From Magallana gigas (lineage: Eukaryota): a stretch of 64,000 nucleotides of DNA. Location of the stretch: contig NC_088856.1 in NCBI RefSeq assembly GCF_963853765.1, positions 23,188,001-23,252,000 on the forward strand. The letters are read 5' to 3'. The translations under genes and the position numbers were made by a program. Shown here piece after piece: positions 40,201 through 51,960 of the stretch. Position 1 is the first letter of the stretch. Each line of letters starts with the position of its first letter. Below the pieces are notes generated by a model. It was not told the DNA's origin. It did no database searches and saw only the letters and a list, made by a program, of their open reading frames with translations.

Positions 40201-43200
40201 TTAAGAATGAAATATTTGTAAGGCATTTGTAGCTGAAGATTTCACAAAAGATGATAAATCATGCAAACGATATAGTGCAACTTATATATTAACAAAACAG
40301 GTAGAAATCGCAGGTATACTTTGTCAATTGAACAATAAGTAGTACATGTAACTAGAAGCCAAGTTATCTTTCATCCTGTAGCAGTTACAATAAACTAGAT
40401 TTTCTTACTCCTCGCAGTCTGTTACTATTTAATAGTGGCCAGTTACTATTAGCCAAATTTTATTTCATCTAGTAGCCAGTTACTAGTAGCTAGCTGTTCC
40501 TACTACTCGTATTCAGTTACTAGTAGCCAGTTACTATTGTAGCTAAATTTACCTATCTTTCAAAATTACCATTACTTTTATAATATTTGCAGACAAAACA
40601 CAGGAGATCCACATCAAAATATGTTACTCATCCTGATTTCCATCTCTGTTTTGATCCTATTGGTAATCCTATTGGTATTTTTTAAATTTCGTCATGTTTT
40701 ATGGAACCGGAAACGCCGTACACAAAATTCAAGACGAGGTAGGTTAATATGAAGTAAATGAAGTAAGTACACTTTTATGCATAATACATGTATACTGTAT
40801 GACAATCTAATGTTTTATTATATAAAGTGCTATTGTAAACTATTTAAACAAAGGGAAATTACTCTTGAAATCTATATGTTGTACGGATAAAACTACGATT
40901 TTCCTATTTGATTCGAAAATAAATTGTGTTTGAATTGGCTTGCAATAACAAAATCAAACTCTATGTTCTATATCAAGGAAGGCTTCATCAGGTGTAGGCT
41001 AGTAATCAAAAGATAAATATTTCAATTATACTATAACAAAACCTCGGATTTGAGGATTGTGTCTGAGTTTTGTCAGGATTCCTAAAGGGCAAAATCCACC
41101 CTGTCCGTACTCCAATTGCACGGCAAAAGAAAATCGATTATAATATCAATAGTACAATTGAATTGATTTAAATAAATTATGAAATGAAACAACTTTAATT
41201 TAGGTTAGGGCAGAAGGGAGAATAATCAATACCTTATCAATTACAAAATATTCAAACGGTGCATTAATTTGTTTTTCTTTGATCCGTCAAATATCAGTTT
41301 CGTATCTAAAAGTTATAATCACAAACATTCATCGTCCCTCTTAAAATGAACACAAGTTATCATCTGGGAGTGTATTTAGTATTTGAATTTGTTATCTTCA
41401 ACTCTGTTCGTTTGACCTTAAAAGAAACAGTGGTTTTCTTTTTCGATTTAGAAGACTCGTCTTTTCTGTTATCGTAGTCAATTCGACCTGCAGAAACCGC
41501 TCAGTTAGCTTTATGCGGTCATAGTGCTAAACACTAAGCCATCTAGACAAGGCAAACAATTTCTTGTGTTGACGAACATAACGCAGACACACTGTCGAAC
41601 ACTACACAATCTTTGAGATACGTGTAGATGTGAAATACATTGTATAGTTAACCCTTAATTAAAGAATATTGTTAAAAAACATATACACACTATAGATAAA
41701 TGTACCTATTATAAAGCACACAACATTGCAACAATTCAAAATAATGTGAATTTTACCTGTCCATGATGTGAAAATGAGATATGCAAAGCATACAGAAAAT
41801 CGCCTTATTTGAGTAAAACCTCCGTTCCAGCCGAGTTATGACCAAAAGTTTTCTGGTACTTTAATAGGCATACAAAAAGTTTTTAAAAATAACACGTTTT
41901 GAATATATCCAAACGAAAAACACTTGTTTCTAGCAAACATACGAGGGTCAATCAAAAAATACGAAGACTTTTGTCATAGCTATGTAACTTAACGTCAGAT
42001 CATTACTAAATTTAGTAGACATAATTTAGCAATAGTTTCAGAAAATTTGCAAGAAAAAATAGTTAATAAATTTCTTTATTTCTAAGAATTATTTAGAATT
42101 TAATCCTGCAAAAATGAGGTCACGGCGCACGGTCAAAACTTGTGTTATGTCAACAATAAACCATATAATGTTGAAAGTATTAACTTTATAAATTTGGCTG
42201 AAAACCAAATTATATTGAAACTTCAAATTTAGTATATTCATGTTATTCTATGTACCAAATAATGACGGGATATATTGTTTTGGCGAACAGATATTACTAA
42301 CTAAAGTCAGATAGTCCTCTTTAGAATTGACTAAAAACATCGACGTCGCCTGACGTCACGGCGCAACGAGAAGTACAAATAAAATGGATTTTACTCAGGA
42401 AAAAGCCGTTACAAGCTGTGAAAATGCTCAATGGTGCAAAAAATAAGTCAACAATTATTTGCAAGTTTGTGTTTAACTGTAATAAATTTTGTGGGGGTGG
42501 TGGTCATTGTATTTTGAATATAAAACAGTCCGAAAGAGAGTAAAATATCTGTAAATATTTGGTCTTAAAGGAAGTAACGTTAACCAAAGTTCAGGCTTAT
42601 CCTTACTGTAAACTAAGATATACACGGTTAGAAAATGAAAACTTTGATGAACTAACTTATGATTCTCGAGCAAATGTGTGCAAATAAGATGTTAAGTGGT
42701 TCAGTTCCATTTTAAATTGTAAGAAGAAAGGCACAAGAGACTAAGCGTGATATAAAGATGGGGTATATCTATAAACTGTGCGTGTTTAATTTTGACGTCA
42801 TGTTTAGAACGTTACCGTGCGCCGTGGTGACAAAACATGTTGTTTTTAAAAAGGGGTAACAAAAATACTGTTTCATCAAATGGACTAAAACTTCGCATAT
42901 CAATAACATAAGTGTTGGTGCACAAATTAATCTGTTAAGTATAACTTTCATGAAAAATATATGATAGACAGCCGCATTGTCTTCGTATTTTTTGATTGAC
43001 CCTCGTATTTATGTTAAGCATTGGTTTTGTTTATTTTTTACAAAATTGATATCATGCTGAATGTATATCGCATTTTTCTGCTGTATTCGCCAATTTTCTC
43101 ATCAAAACGTGATGAGTTGTTTTATTCATAATTGTTATTCTTGCATTAATCCTAATATCTCAAATGTTTAATCAGTTTATTGCAGAATAGAATATTGCAG

Positions 43201-46200
43201 GGATGGGACCGGTTAAATTAGACATAAGACATTCTTTTTTTTTATCCGAGATATCAGACCAAGAGACAAACATTTTAATTTTAAATTACTATAAAATTTC
43301 CATTGGATCTTAACTCAAATTTTAACATGACAATTCAAATAAGGATTAATTGTGTGAAACATTAAAAAAAAGTTCGTCTAAAAAGTAATTATCTTGTAGA
43401 AATAAACTTTGTAAAGTTTTGAGAAAAAGCATACTAAATGTTGTCAATTACATTGAGGATAAAGAAAGATATGGCCATTTAAAAAGTGAACCCACTATTT
43501 CACTCTACGCTACACAACAATTTTGTTGAAGCATCTTTCATTGAAACATTTTTACTTAGTCTTTTAGAATTAAAATATATCATAATTGTATTTAATTTTA
43601 ATAAAAATCATTATTGTGTACAACATGTATAAACATGATATATTTAATCATGATTTTAGCATTTTTTTATATTAGATACAGCATTACTTGAATACCTTCC
43701 CACTATTATTTCACTTTTAAAACAATCATTTTGAAATTGTTTAACTAAATATAATGAAACTTGTGGCTATATCATTCATTCAATTCTCACACATATTGGT
43801 AAACAAAGAACAGTTATGCTAAAACTTGATCTTTTATGGTAAATTCGATTTTTGTGGTTTGTATCATTCTAGTGGCAAAATGACATGCAGTCCTGTAAGC
43901 TATTTCTTATTTCCATATTGACATGTAACAGTACAGTACCCGAAACGATATTTTTGCAAGATAAACGATAAGATAGGATCACACGTAATAAAAAGTATTA
44001 ACGCACGAAAGAACGGTATACACCCACGATAGGATAGCATTGATGCACGATAGGAAAGGATAAACAATTTCAAGATAAACGTATAATCGCGTAAAACGAT
44101 CTTTACGATTAACCTGATACTGGCAGAATTTGAGAAAGAACACGTACATGTACGAATCAATATATACGCTGGATATTTTGTTATTAACCAGTCCGAGTTG
44201 TAATATTATTAAATTGTATATAAATTACCAGTTAAAATTCATTATATCTTCAATAAATTATATGTATTGTTAACATCATTTTCATTACCAAACATCCAAG
44301 CTGATCGCCGCGAACATTTCAACTTGAGATCAAATTACTCTGAAAATAGCGGGTTCATTCAAAAACAACTCTTGTTCTAAATAAATATAAAATATAATCA
44401 TACATTTCTTTCTCTTTAAAAATGTTGCATTTAAAACGATTTATTTTACATACAAATGAAATAAATGTTTACGCAGATATACACTCCGCGTACAATTTGT
44501 TACGTATGCATTGTTTTTTTTATTACCGCACACTCAAGCCAATTGCAGACATTAAGCCAAAATTTGATTCACACGTATAGAAAATCATGGGCACAATTCA
44601 AGTTCATCTCTTTTCTGAAATAAATATGCAATTTATCATAAATACTTTTATTTCTGTAAATAATGACGCATAAAAGCTTATTATATTACATACATGTTAA
44701 TGTAAACGCAGGTATACACTCCACGTACTATTTAATATAATTATATGATTTACAGAGTTAAATCCTGTATTTTGTTCCAAAGAACTTCGATAGTTTACAT
44801 TGATTTTTCATTCCCATCGCCAACCGAGATGATAGACGTGTAATAATGTTTCATTTCTATCTAAAGAATTATAAAATTAGCATCATATTAGAATAATGGA
44901 GAGAATTCTATATTTCGTGTTCGTTAATTTTTAGTTTACGGTGCACTGTACGACTTTTAACTTTAAAATAAATTTACTTGCTCATAAAAAGGCACAATAC
45001 GATAAACAAGATAGGATAAACGGAAAAACGGCTAAACTTGAACCATAAACCTGAGAGGGTTAACGCACGAAAGGATAGGTTTAACGCAAGATAAAACAGT
45101 ACTCATGCTCAATACGATAGGATTGATAAACGATACGATAGGATAGTAATGTAAAAATAATGGTGTTCCGATGGGGCCACTTCGACCTTCACACTTTCGC
45201 CTTTAGGTCGAAGATGCGAGAGTGCGAAGTTGGGAAGGCAAAAGTACGAGAGTGCGATGGCGAAGGAGCGAAAGTGCGAAGATGCGACGGCGAAGCGCGA
45301 AGATGCGATGGCGAAAGTGCGAAGGTGCGAAGGCAATAGAGCGATACTACTATCGCTCCTTCGCCTTCGCAACTTCGCACTCTCGCCTTCGCAACTTCGC
45401 ACTTTCGCCTTCGCCTTTTTTGATAGCATTCAGAAAGTCTCGGTCGATTACATATAATTTGATGCACCGTACTCGGCAAGGTTTTCCGATTAATACATGA
45501 TATTATTGGTACGCATGCGCTAGGCCATTGTGTTTACTATGAATGTTTATAAATATTTAATGTGTATATGTGACATTTATGTTTACCAGTGCTGACTATG
45601 CCTAATCATTATATACTCCACATAAAATGTAAATAAATGTCCGCTATTATGTATACATATGCACTTCCAGACTCCTGTCACTTACCAGCTGTCTGTTTAC
45701 CGTGGATCAAACACAGTAACATGCATTCTAATGTCATTTTGCGACACTTCTTGCTCATGTATTGATTTAGAGGGGGAGAGGGGGTCCGCCCCCCCCCCCC
45801 CCCTGGAAAATTCAACATGAAATCAATAGCTTCACACATGCAATAAAGGGGAGAGAGGGTCCGGATCCCATCGCCCCGGAAAATTTAATTTCACCAATTT
45901 TATATAATAAAATCTCCAAAATATGTCTCGGAACCCCCTCCCCCCTCCCCCCCCCCCCCGACAAATATCATTACCCATCGACCCCCCCCCCCCCTTTCAG
46001 GAAAAAAGTTATGGATCTGCGAAGGCTGTTGAAAATAAATTCTAAAATGTTCATCGTCTGCCTCATATGTCCTTTCATACAGCTAAAATTGTCTTTAAAT
46101 GATAGAGAGCTCCACAATTATAAAAAGCGAAGGCAAAAGCGCGAGGATGCGAAGGCGAGAGTGCGAAGTTGCGATGGCGAAGGAGCGAAAGTAGAAACGC

Positions 46201-49200
46201 TTCTTCGCCTTCGCACTTTCGCTCCTTCGCCGTCGCACCCTCGCACCTTCACCTTCGCAATTTCGCACTCTCGCACCTCGACCTAAAGGCAAAAATGCGA
46301 TGGTCGAAGTGGCCCCATCGGAACACCATAAAAAATAATAACATTGCGGGTACTATATCATTGTAAAACAGCTTAATTCTATTAACACCAGCATGGAAAA
46401 GCATTCATGTACAGGCATGGGAGAGACATTGTTTAGTGCATAAAGTGCATGGACATGTATTATTTTTACATAAGAATTTTGTTTTGTACTGGCCCTATTA
46501 CTTTAGTACATTTTGCCTGGTCCCTGATTTTGCCAGGTTCATAATGCATACACTAATTTTAAACCTTAATTTTTGCAGAATCTGAAACAAATGAGTCTAC
46601 AGAAGAACATTTACCACTAGTTTGTTCACCTAAAGGTATTGAATCGTTTATTTATCCAAAATATATGATAATTATTATTTTACCCAACCCATCCTAAAAC
46701 ATTCTGAAAGGTGTTTATGAATATTTTGTCTGTCTGTGATACTACGGTAATTATTGTTTAAGTCCTTGATTTGTGTTTCAAAAACTGTCAATCAAATTCA
46801 GAAATGTGTATTGTTCAACTGATGAATAAGTATATAATGTAAAGAATTATATTCAGATGTCACACAGATAACGATGTACATTCAGTTTGGGTTTGTTTAC
46901 AATTAGCAATTTACAATATGCGGTAACATTTAGGAGAATATTTAGGTATAGATTATTAACACATAATGTGATAGGGTAAACGTATGATAAAAGAATCAGA
47001 AACTGGCCTAGCGAAGACGGCTCAGATTTACAGACATTTAAATACCCTCTTGAACTTTTCTCCTCCGTCTCTAGTTGAATTCTTTCATGTTGTTCCATTC
47101 GTTGATGACTCTTGATTGCCGATCGAAAGGTGTAAGATTGAGAAATTTATCTCTATTTCTTAGTATGGTAATAAGTACGGAAGGTTCAACATAAAAAGAA
47201 TTACGTAAAGTACGTGCAACATCTTCGCAAATCACAACCAACATGTACAATCCTCTCCTATCAAGGAGAACCATGCTAACACAGTGTAAGTGTGTGTGTG
47301 GGAGAGAGAGAGAGAGAAAGAGAGAAAGAGAGATTTGATTATGATTTAAACACAAGGAGAGAGTCAAATGGCGGGAGAGGGACGAATTATCTGTTTTGAG
47401 GAATCCATATCTAAGGGTGTATAAAAACGAGTCGACCAATCAGAAAGTTTTAACACCGGCAGCGTGTATTGTTTATGCTTGAACTGAACTTTTGACGCTA
47501 TCGGAAAAACCACTGACACCAAAGCTGATCTAATGATAAACTATTTGACATTTTTTGATACATCACGTTTCATGTGTCTGAGGACTTGAGTAATGGATTA
47601 GGGCTTTTAAGTTTCATGGTCTCTGAAGATTAGTTTTTAGAGGGTTTCGCTCATTTACCAATATATACAAAAATTGCTCTGACGACGTAGATTCAATAGC
47701 TTTAAGACAAAAATGCGATAAATGGCATATGGAAACTTTGGTTTCGTTTCTAAATGCCCCAAGCAGAAAATGAAAAATAATTAAGAACAGAAGAACTTAT
47801 AAAGGGCTTTCCACTTTCCTTGGACAATTATTTAAAATGTGNNNNNNNNNNNNNNNNNNNNNNNNNNNNNNNNNNNNNNNNNNNNNNNNNNNNNNNNNNN
47901 NNNNNNNNNNNNNNNNNNNNNNNNNNNNNNNNNNNNNNNNNNNNNNNNNNNNNNNNNNNNNNNNNNNNNNNNNNNNNNNNNNNNNNNNNNNNNNNNNNNN
48001 NNNNNNNNNNNNNNNNNNNNNNNNNNNNNNNNNNNNNNNNNNNNNNNNNNNNNCTTCTTACATTTTAGTTCAGAAAACTGATGCACACGTTCCTGATAAT
48101 AAAAATTCCACAGGAAAAGGGGCAACAGGTAAAGGATTTTTTTTAAATATATCACCAGCAAGCTAGATTTATAAAACAATAAAAAAAATATCAATTGCAT
48201 CTACTTCAAAGGTAAAAATGCAAATTCAAAAATAAACTGCAACACAATAAATTGATAAACCAGCTTTTTAATGACTTAATTTTTATATTTTCTCATCTTT
48301 TTTAATTTTAAAAATGATGTGTTAGTCTGGGTTTTTTTGCAGATGAACTTTATAAATTTACTATAGTCGATTATACAATCGAAGATGCTGAATTATTTGA
48401 ACTGTTGAAACGACAATGTCTTCACAAAGCTTTGCCTGAATTCAAATATCTCGTAAATACTAGAATAAGAGATAAACGAATTTTCAAGCAACGTGACGAA
48501 AACGGATGCTCCTTATTGCATTATGCAGCTCAAGGTGGATGCATTGTCATACTTGATGAAGTCCTAAGAGTGGCTGAAATTTCGTCAGATGAAATTCATA
48601 AAAATACTTGCATACGAGGTCAAAATGTACTGCATTTTGCAATTAAGTACAACAATACAAAATTGGCTGTGCATCTTTTCCAAAATTATCCCTCACTTAA
48701 TAATTGCTATAACCAAAACAGTGTTGGAGCATTTGCACCTATTCACTGGGTTGCATGGCATTGCAACATATTTTTATTGGAGGAATTAAAGGAGACAGGT
48801 GTTGACATATGGGCACAAACCAAAAACGGGTTAAATATTTTGGACATTGCATGCATGACAAAATTATCAGAAAAATCTAGTAAGTTTTGTTTACATTTAT
48901 TTGAGAAAGAAAACATTCCAGACCTACGAAAAGTTGATTCATCAGGGTGGAATATTGCGCATTATGCATCTAAGTCTAATAAAATTGATTTATTTAAACT
49001 AATAGAAGAACAGGAAAAGGAAAACACTGGAAAAAAACAAAGCCTTATAATGGAAAAAACCAACACATCAAAAACATGTTTGCACATAGCTTGCGAGTTC
49101 GCTAAGTATGAGTCTGTTCTGTACATACTCACTAAGTTTGAAACAATTCTTAATGATGTGGACGATCTTCGTTGGAATGCATTGCACTATGCTGCCAAAG

Positions 49201-49688
49201 GCGGTAACTTGAAAATTTTGAAAACACTTATCAAAGAAGGAATGGTGGTTGGCTGCTTAACAAAAGATGGAAAAACCATATTACACATTGCCTGTATTCA
49301 CAAACATCCAGCAATCTGCAAATATGCTGTCAAAAATCTTCCTACGGGTCTTTTAAATGCTAAAACTACTAGCAATGGTCTGTCAGCTGTTCACTATTTA
49401 GCAGTAGAAAAAAAAGAAGACGGAAGTGAAACAGAAATTTTGAAAATCCTTTGCAAAAGCAAAAAAATTGACCTCTCAGCAACCTGTAATAAGGGGTTCA
49501 ATCAGTTGGAATGGGCAATTGATCATTTAAACATAGAATTAATCCGGGCGATAGTAAGTGCACAATTCAGGAAAGAATGCGACATAACCAGAGAAATTCT
49601 GTTAAAGGCAAAGAAAAAAATGGACGAGAACCCGAACGAAGAAATCATAGATATTTTGCAGAAAGCTTTGAAAAAAGTGAAAAAATAG
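24874..49688 (+). CDS. Predicted type I transmembrane receptor-like protein: Cys-rich ectodomain, TM, cytoplasmic ankyrin repeats (about 699 aa; exons 24874-24927, 25423-25603, 26530-26637, 32393-32540, 40593-40738, 46579-46635, 48069-48128, 48343-49688)
   Basis: All eight exons are flanked by AG/GT, phases chain correctly (0,1,1,2,1,1,1), and the lengths sum to 2100 nt (699 codons plus stop). The start has a strong Kozak context (accATGG). The ectodomain joins (ISK|GNC, IHK|YPKC, FPC|GQN) are well supported; the joins into the ankyrin exon are less certain. Confidence 0.7.
25423..32540 (+). CDS. Cys-rich ectodomain exons of the receptor-like gene (25423-25603, 26530-26637, 32393-32540)
   Basis: SCPKSPGEWNDSSLRLNCNDTHKYHCAPYLSETSQLYEFCYRSLNISKGNCIGIKDDGNINAYTCEKFVSGCPGDDYSSSEIHKYPKCLGVQGECFTEDRYCICLNENTT...NCTFPCG: 13 Cys and 7 N-x-S/T sequons. 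Confidence 0.85.
27330..28839 (+). mobile_element. Non-autonomous Helitron/Helentron-like (HINE/pearl-type) element with internal about 160-170-bp tandem units (Cg170-like)
   Basis: Head agcttacttgagccgaagtgagcttttctgatca followed by a (gtc)n microsatellite; recurring aaagctgaaacttgtgtggaagcatc units near 27580, 27825, 27990 and 28147; tail gctcaggtgagcaacgtggcccatgagcctcttgtt. Confidence 0.8.
30458..30595. other. Assembly gap (others at 35212-35345, 47842-48053, 51091-51229, 57972-58137, 63423-63573)
   Basis: Runs of N; ORF-track entries spanning them are artefacts. Confidence 0.99.
35546..35769 (+). repeat. Two-copy 112-bp tandem repeat inside the CACTA-like element
   Basis: ccaacttaagaaaacccct..gatatacacaacaggtgtg..gtgcccaggtgcacgt starts at 35579 and again at 35691. 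Confidence 0.85.
36598..36655 (+). mobile_element. tRNA-derived SINE head or tRNA relic
   Basis: A-box-like TAGCGCAGAGG and B-box-like GGTTCAATTC about 45 bp apart; no complete cloverleaf or 3' acceptor stem. Confidence 0.55.
37360..40570. mobile_element. About 3.2-kb imperfect palindrome (foldback element) built of degenerate tandem units
   Basis: Inverted pairs at 37617-37646 / 40175-40204 (29 of 30 match) and 38953-38963 / 38987-38997 (centre about 38975). Units tcgtcagctactagtgcattt lie on + in the left arm and reversed in the right arm. Confidence 0.8.
40593..40738 (+). CDS. Transmembrane exon of the receptor-like gene (absent from the ORF track)
   Basis: tttgcag|A CAA AAC...; encodes MLLILISISVLILLVILLVFF followed by the basic stop-transfer KFRHVLWNRKRR; ends CGA G|gtaggt. 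Its phase-2 start matches the phase-2 end of exon 32393-32540. Confidence 0.85.
41942..43005. mobile_element. Tc1/mariner-type non-autonomous element, 27-bp perfect TIRs, TA TSD
   Basis: TA|CGAGGGTCAATCAAAAAATACGAAGAC at 41942-41968, exact reverse complement at 42979-43005 followed by TA; no transposase ORF. Confidence 0.92.
45161..46328. mobile_element. Foldback/Mutator-like element with long TIRs made of TTCGCAC/TTCGCC micro-repeats
   Basis: Perfect 27-bp outer TIR TGGTGTTCCGATGGGGCCACTTCGACC (45161-45187 / 46302-46328); repeat-rich arms at 45190-45420 and 46125-46300. The flanks TAAAAATAA / TAAAAAATAA resemble a 9-10-bp TSD. Confidence 0.8.
48343..49688 (+). CDS. Ankyrin-repeat terminal exon (about 10 repeats)
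   Basis: The 427-aa ORF extends upstream in frame to the acceptor gtttttttgcag at 48342. Repeat cores: LLHYAAQGG, VLHFAIKYN, PIHWVAWHC, ILDIACMTK, IAHYASKSN, CLHIACEFA, ALHYAAKGG, ILHIACIHK, AVHYLAVEK, QLEWAIDHL. Confidence 0.92.
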
Positions 49689-50526
49689 ACAAAGCAATTG
49701 TTGCACACATTTTCTGTATGTGTAACATATCGATTATACTTGACTTATTGATTTATTAAGGCATTTATATCATCAAATTTGTAGTGTCTCATGCATGATC
49801 ATACACGCTTACTTGTTGAGTGCCTGCTTTTATATATCTTACTTGAATTAAATGAACATTGTTAAATGTCCAAATCATGAAAAAAATATAGTTTTAAACA
49901 TTAATATAATCAAAGAACAATTTGAATTGCTGCTTATTGCATTTACCTTTGTGGTGACTTTTTTCACTTTCAAAACAAGTATGTTCCTAAAGATAGGAGA
50001 TAAGATTAACAGGTTCCGAAATACTATCACTTACTACGTTCACATATGGCTCCGAAAATAAGGAAGATAGAGTAACTTGATGAATCCAAAAGGTGTCTAC
50101 TGAATAGAACTATACGGGGAAAAGAGAACGGCCTGAGACATATCTTACTGAACGATTTTCAAGAAATTTCCCCCGATGGAAGCGGTTGAAGTTTGGGTTA
50201 TAACGAACGCATATGTAACATGCACATTAAAAACACCGAGAAACGCGCCGTGTTTTATCACATTTATGCAGACAAAATTCAAAAGGGGAAACGGTTTGTT
50301 AGAAATTGGTCAAAGACTATTGGGTGAAAATGTTATTTTACTTGAAATGTGATCATGTTTGCCCCTATTTCATTCGTTAACCATTGTATTAGGATAAGTA
50401 TCAACAAATGAATTTGATTGCAAAAACAAAATTGGGCTTATTGCAAAAGAAACAAAAAAAGAAACAAAAACAAAAAACAAAAACCTGATACAACCGTAAC
50501 AGGAAATGACATATGATAGATGTATT

Positions 50527-50528
<2 letters not shown>

Positions 50529-50604
<76 letters not shown>
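50529..50604. repeat. (GA)n microsatellite
   Basis: About 38 perfect GA units. Confidence 0.97.
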
Positions 50605-50610
<6 letters not shown>

Positions 50611-50888
50611 GATGCAGGCAGTGTATATATGTGTTAGCCGTTTATATACTCAATTGAGGACATTTTGAAAAACAGGGAAAACATTCCTTGAAATAAAAGA
50701 ATAAAACCAAATTGGCCACTTATTTAGGGGACTAAAAATTTCACATATATTCTGCTAGCGGCTTTCTACATCTTTTTAATAGCAAATATTTCTCAGTTAA
50801 TAGTATTTCTGTTATGATATTTTCCAAAGCATGTTTATTATTGAGGTATTTGCTTGTGGTGTGATGCTAGAGTGGATTTTGATACAGT

Positions 50889-51050
50889 TACAGCAAAACT
50901 CGTTTATAACGAAGTCACTGGGACCTAAGAAATTACCTCGCTATATCCGTAATTCGTTATAACCGTATAAGAAATTCATTAAATTTACATAGCTGGGGCT
51001 CCAAGATGACTTCGCTATATTCCGTAAATTCGCAATATCCGTGTTCGTAC
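50889..51050. mobile_element. Tigger/pogo-like MITE fragment
   Basis: Begins TA|CAGCAAAACTCGTTTATAACGAAG, with internal cgctatatccg/cgttataac repeats; the far end runs towards an N gap. Confidence 0.55.
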
Positions 51051-51354
51051 TAACTACTACTGTAGTTACATTTCATATACAATCAGTTCTNNNNNNNNNN
51101 NNNNNNNNNNNNNNNNNNNNNNNNNNNNNNNNNNNNNNNNNNNNNNNNNNNNNNNNNNNNNNNNNNNNNNNNNNNNNNNNNNNNNNNNNNNNNNNNNNNN
51201 NNNNNNNNNNNNNNNNNNNNNNNNNNNNNTTGTGAAGAAATATATATTTTTTTATTTCTAAATATTGCATCTACATCAAATGGCTTTATCAATATTTGAT
51301 CTCAAAATTTTAATATTTTCTTCTCATATCAACATTTTGTTTCGTAATTTTGAA

Positions 51355-51960
51355 TGGACTTCAAGATAGGTAAAGTTAGCTGCTAGAAACTGGCTACTGG
51401 TACAACTGGTTTTACTGTACGGTATGTGAGAAAATCTAGCCACTAGATACTAAATGGCTGCGAGATGAAAAAAAAGTTTGTTATTAGTAATATGTGTCTA
51501 ACTATTTTCTTTTTGAACTGATATTTAATCATTTACTCATATTCTATATTCTTTGTTAAATATGCCCTACTTTTCAAATAATTGTTAAAACATGTAAAGA
51601 CTTTTATCATACATATTCATGTTAATATGTTATATAACGTTACTCAGTTATCAGATATCAGATTTCCAACTTTCTAGTACTTACATGAACAGACATCTTA
51701 TTATTTTTCATATTCGTCCTAATATTTCAAGTAGCTATATACAAGCATATGCATGTAGATGACAGCTATTTGCTAGTCCTGGTGATTAAACATTCTCATA
51801 GGTCATCGTTATGATAACACGCTAAAGTATTTTAGATATATTGTGTTATTTCGTCAGCTACTGGATGAGTACTTTCAACCTCATTGTACATTTTATATAT
51901 GTTAATATTGCTGTTATAAACATTCCGCTAGGTCATCCAAATGACATACAATCATTTCAT
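51355..51960 (+). repeat. Partial copy of the 37.4-40.6-kb foldback family (left-arm type)
   Basis: Shares aagataggtaaagttagc, gctgcgagatgaaa, tttcgtcagctac and taggtcatcc motifs with 37370-38700. Confidence 0.65.

Noticed and set aside
45109-46366. Arg/Ser/Ala-rich ORFs on both strands
   Set aside because: They are translations of the TTCGCAC micro-repeats in the foldback arms.
46853-47439. Two minus-strand ORFs of 81 and 122 aa
   Set aside because: One reads through a (GT)/(GA) microsatellite, neither has a motif I recognise, and both lie in a TE-rich intron.
48343-49688. Horizontal transfer of the intronless ankyrin array from an endosymbiont
   Set aside because: No compositional anomaly, the exon has a normal splice acceptor, and being intronless is not evidence by itself. 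A phylogenetic search would be needed.
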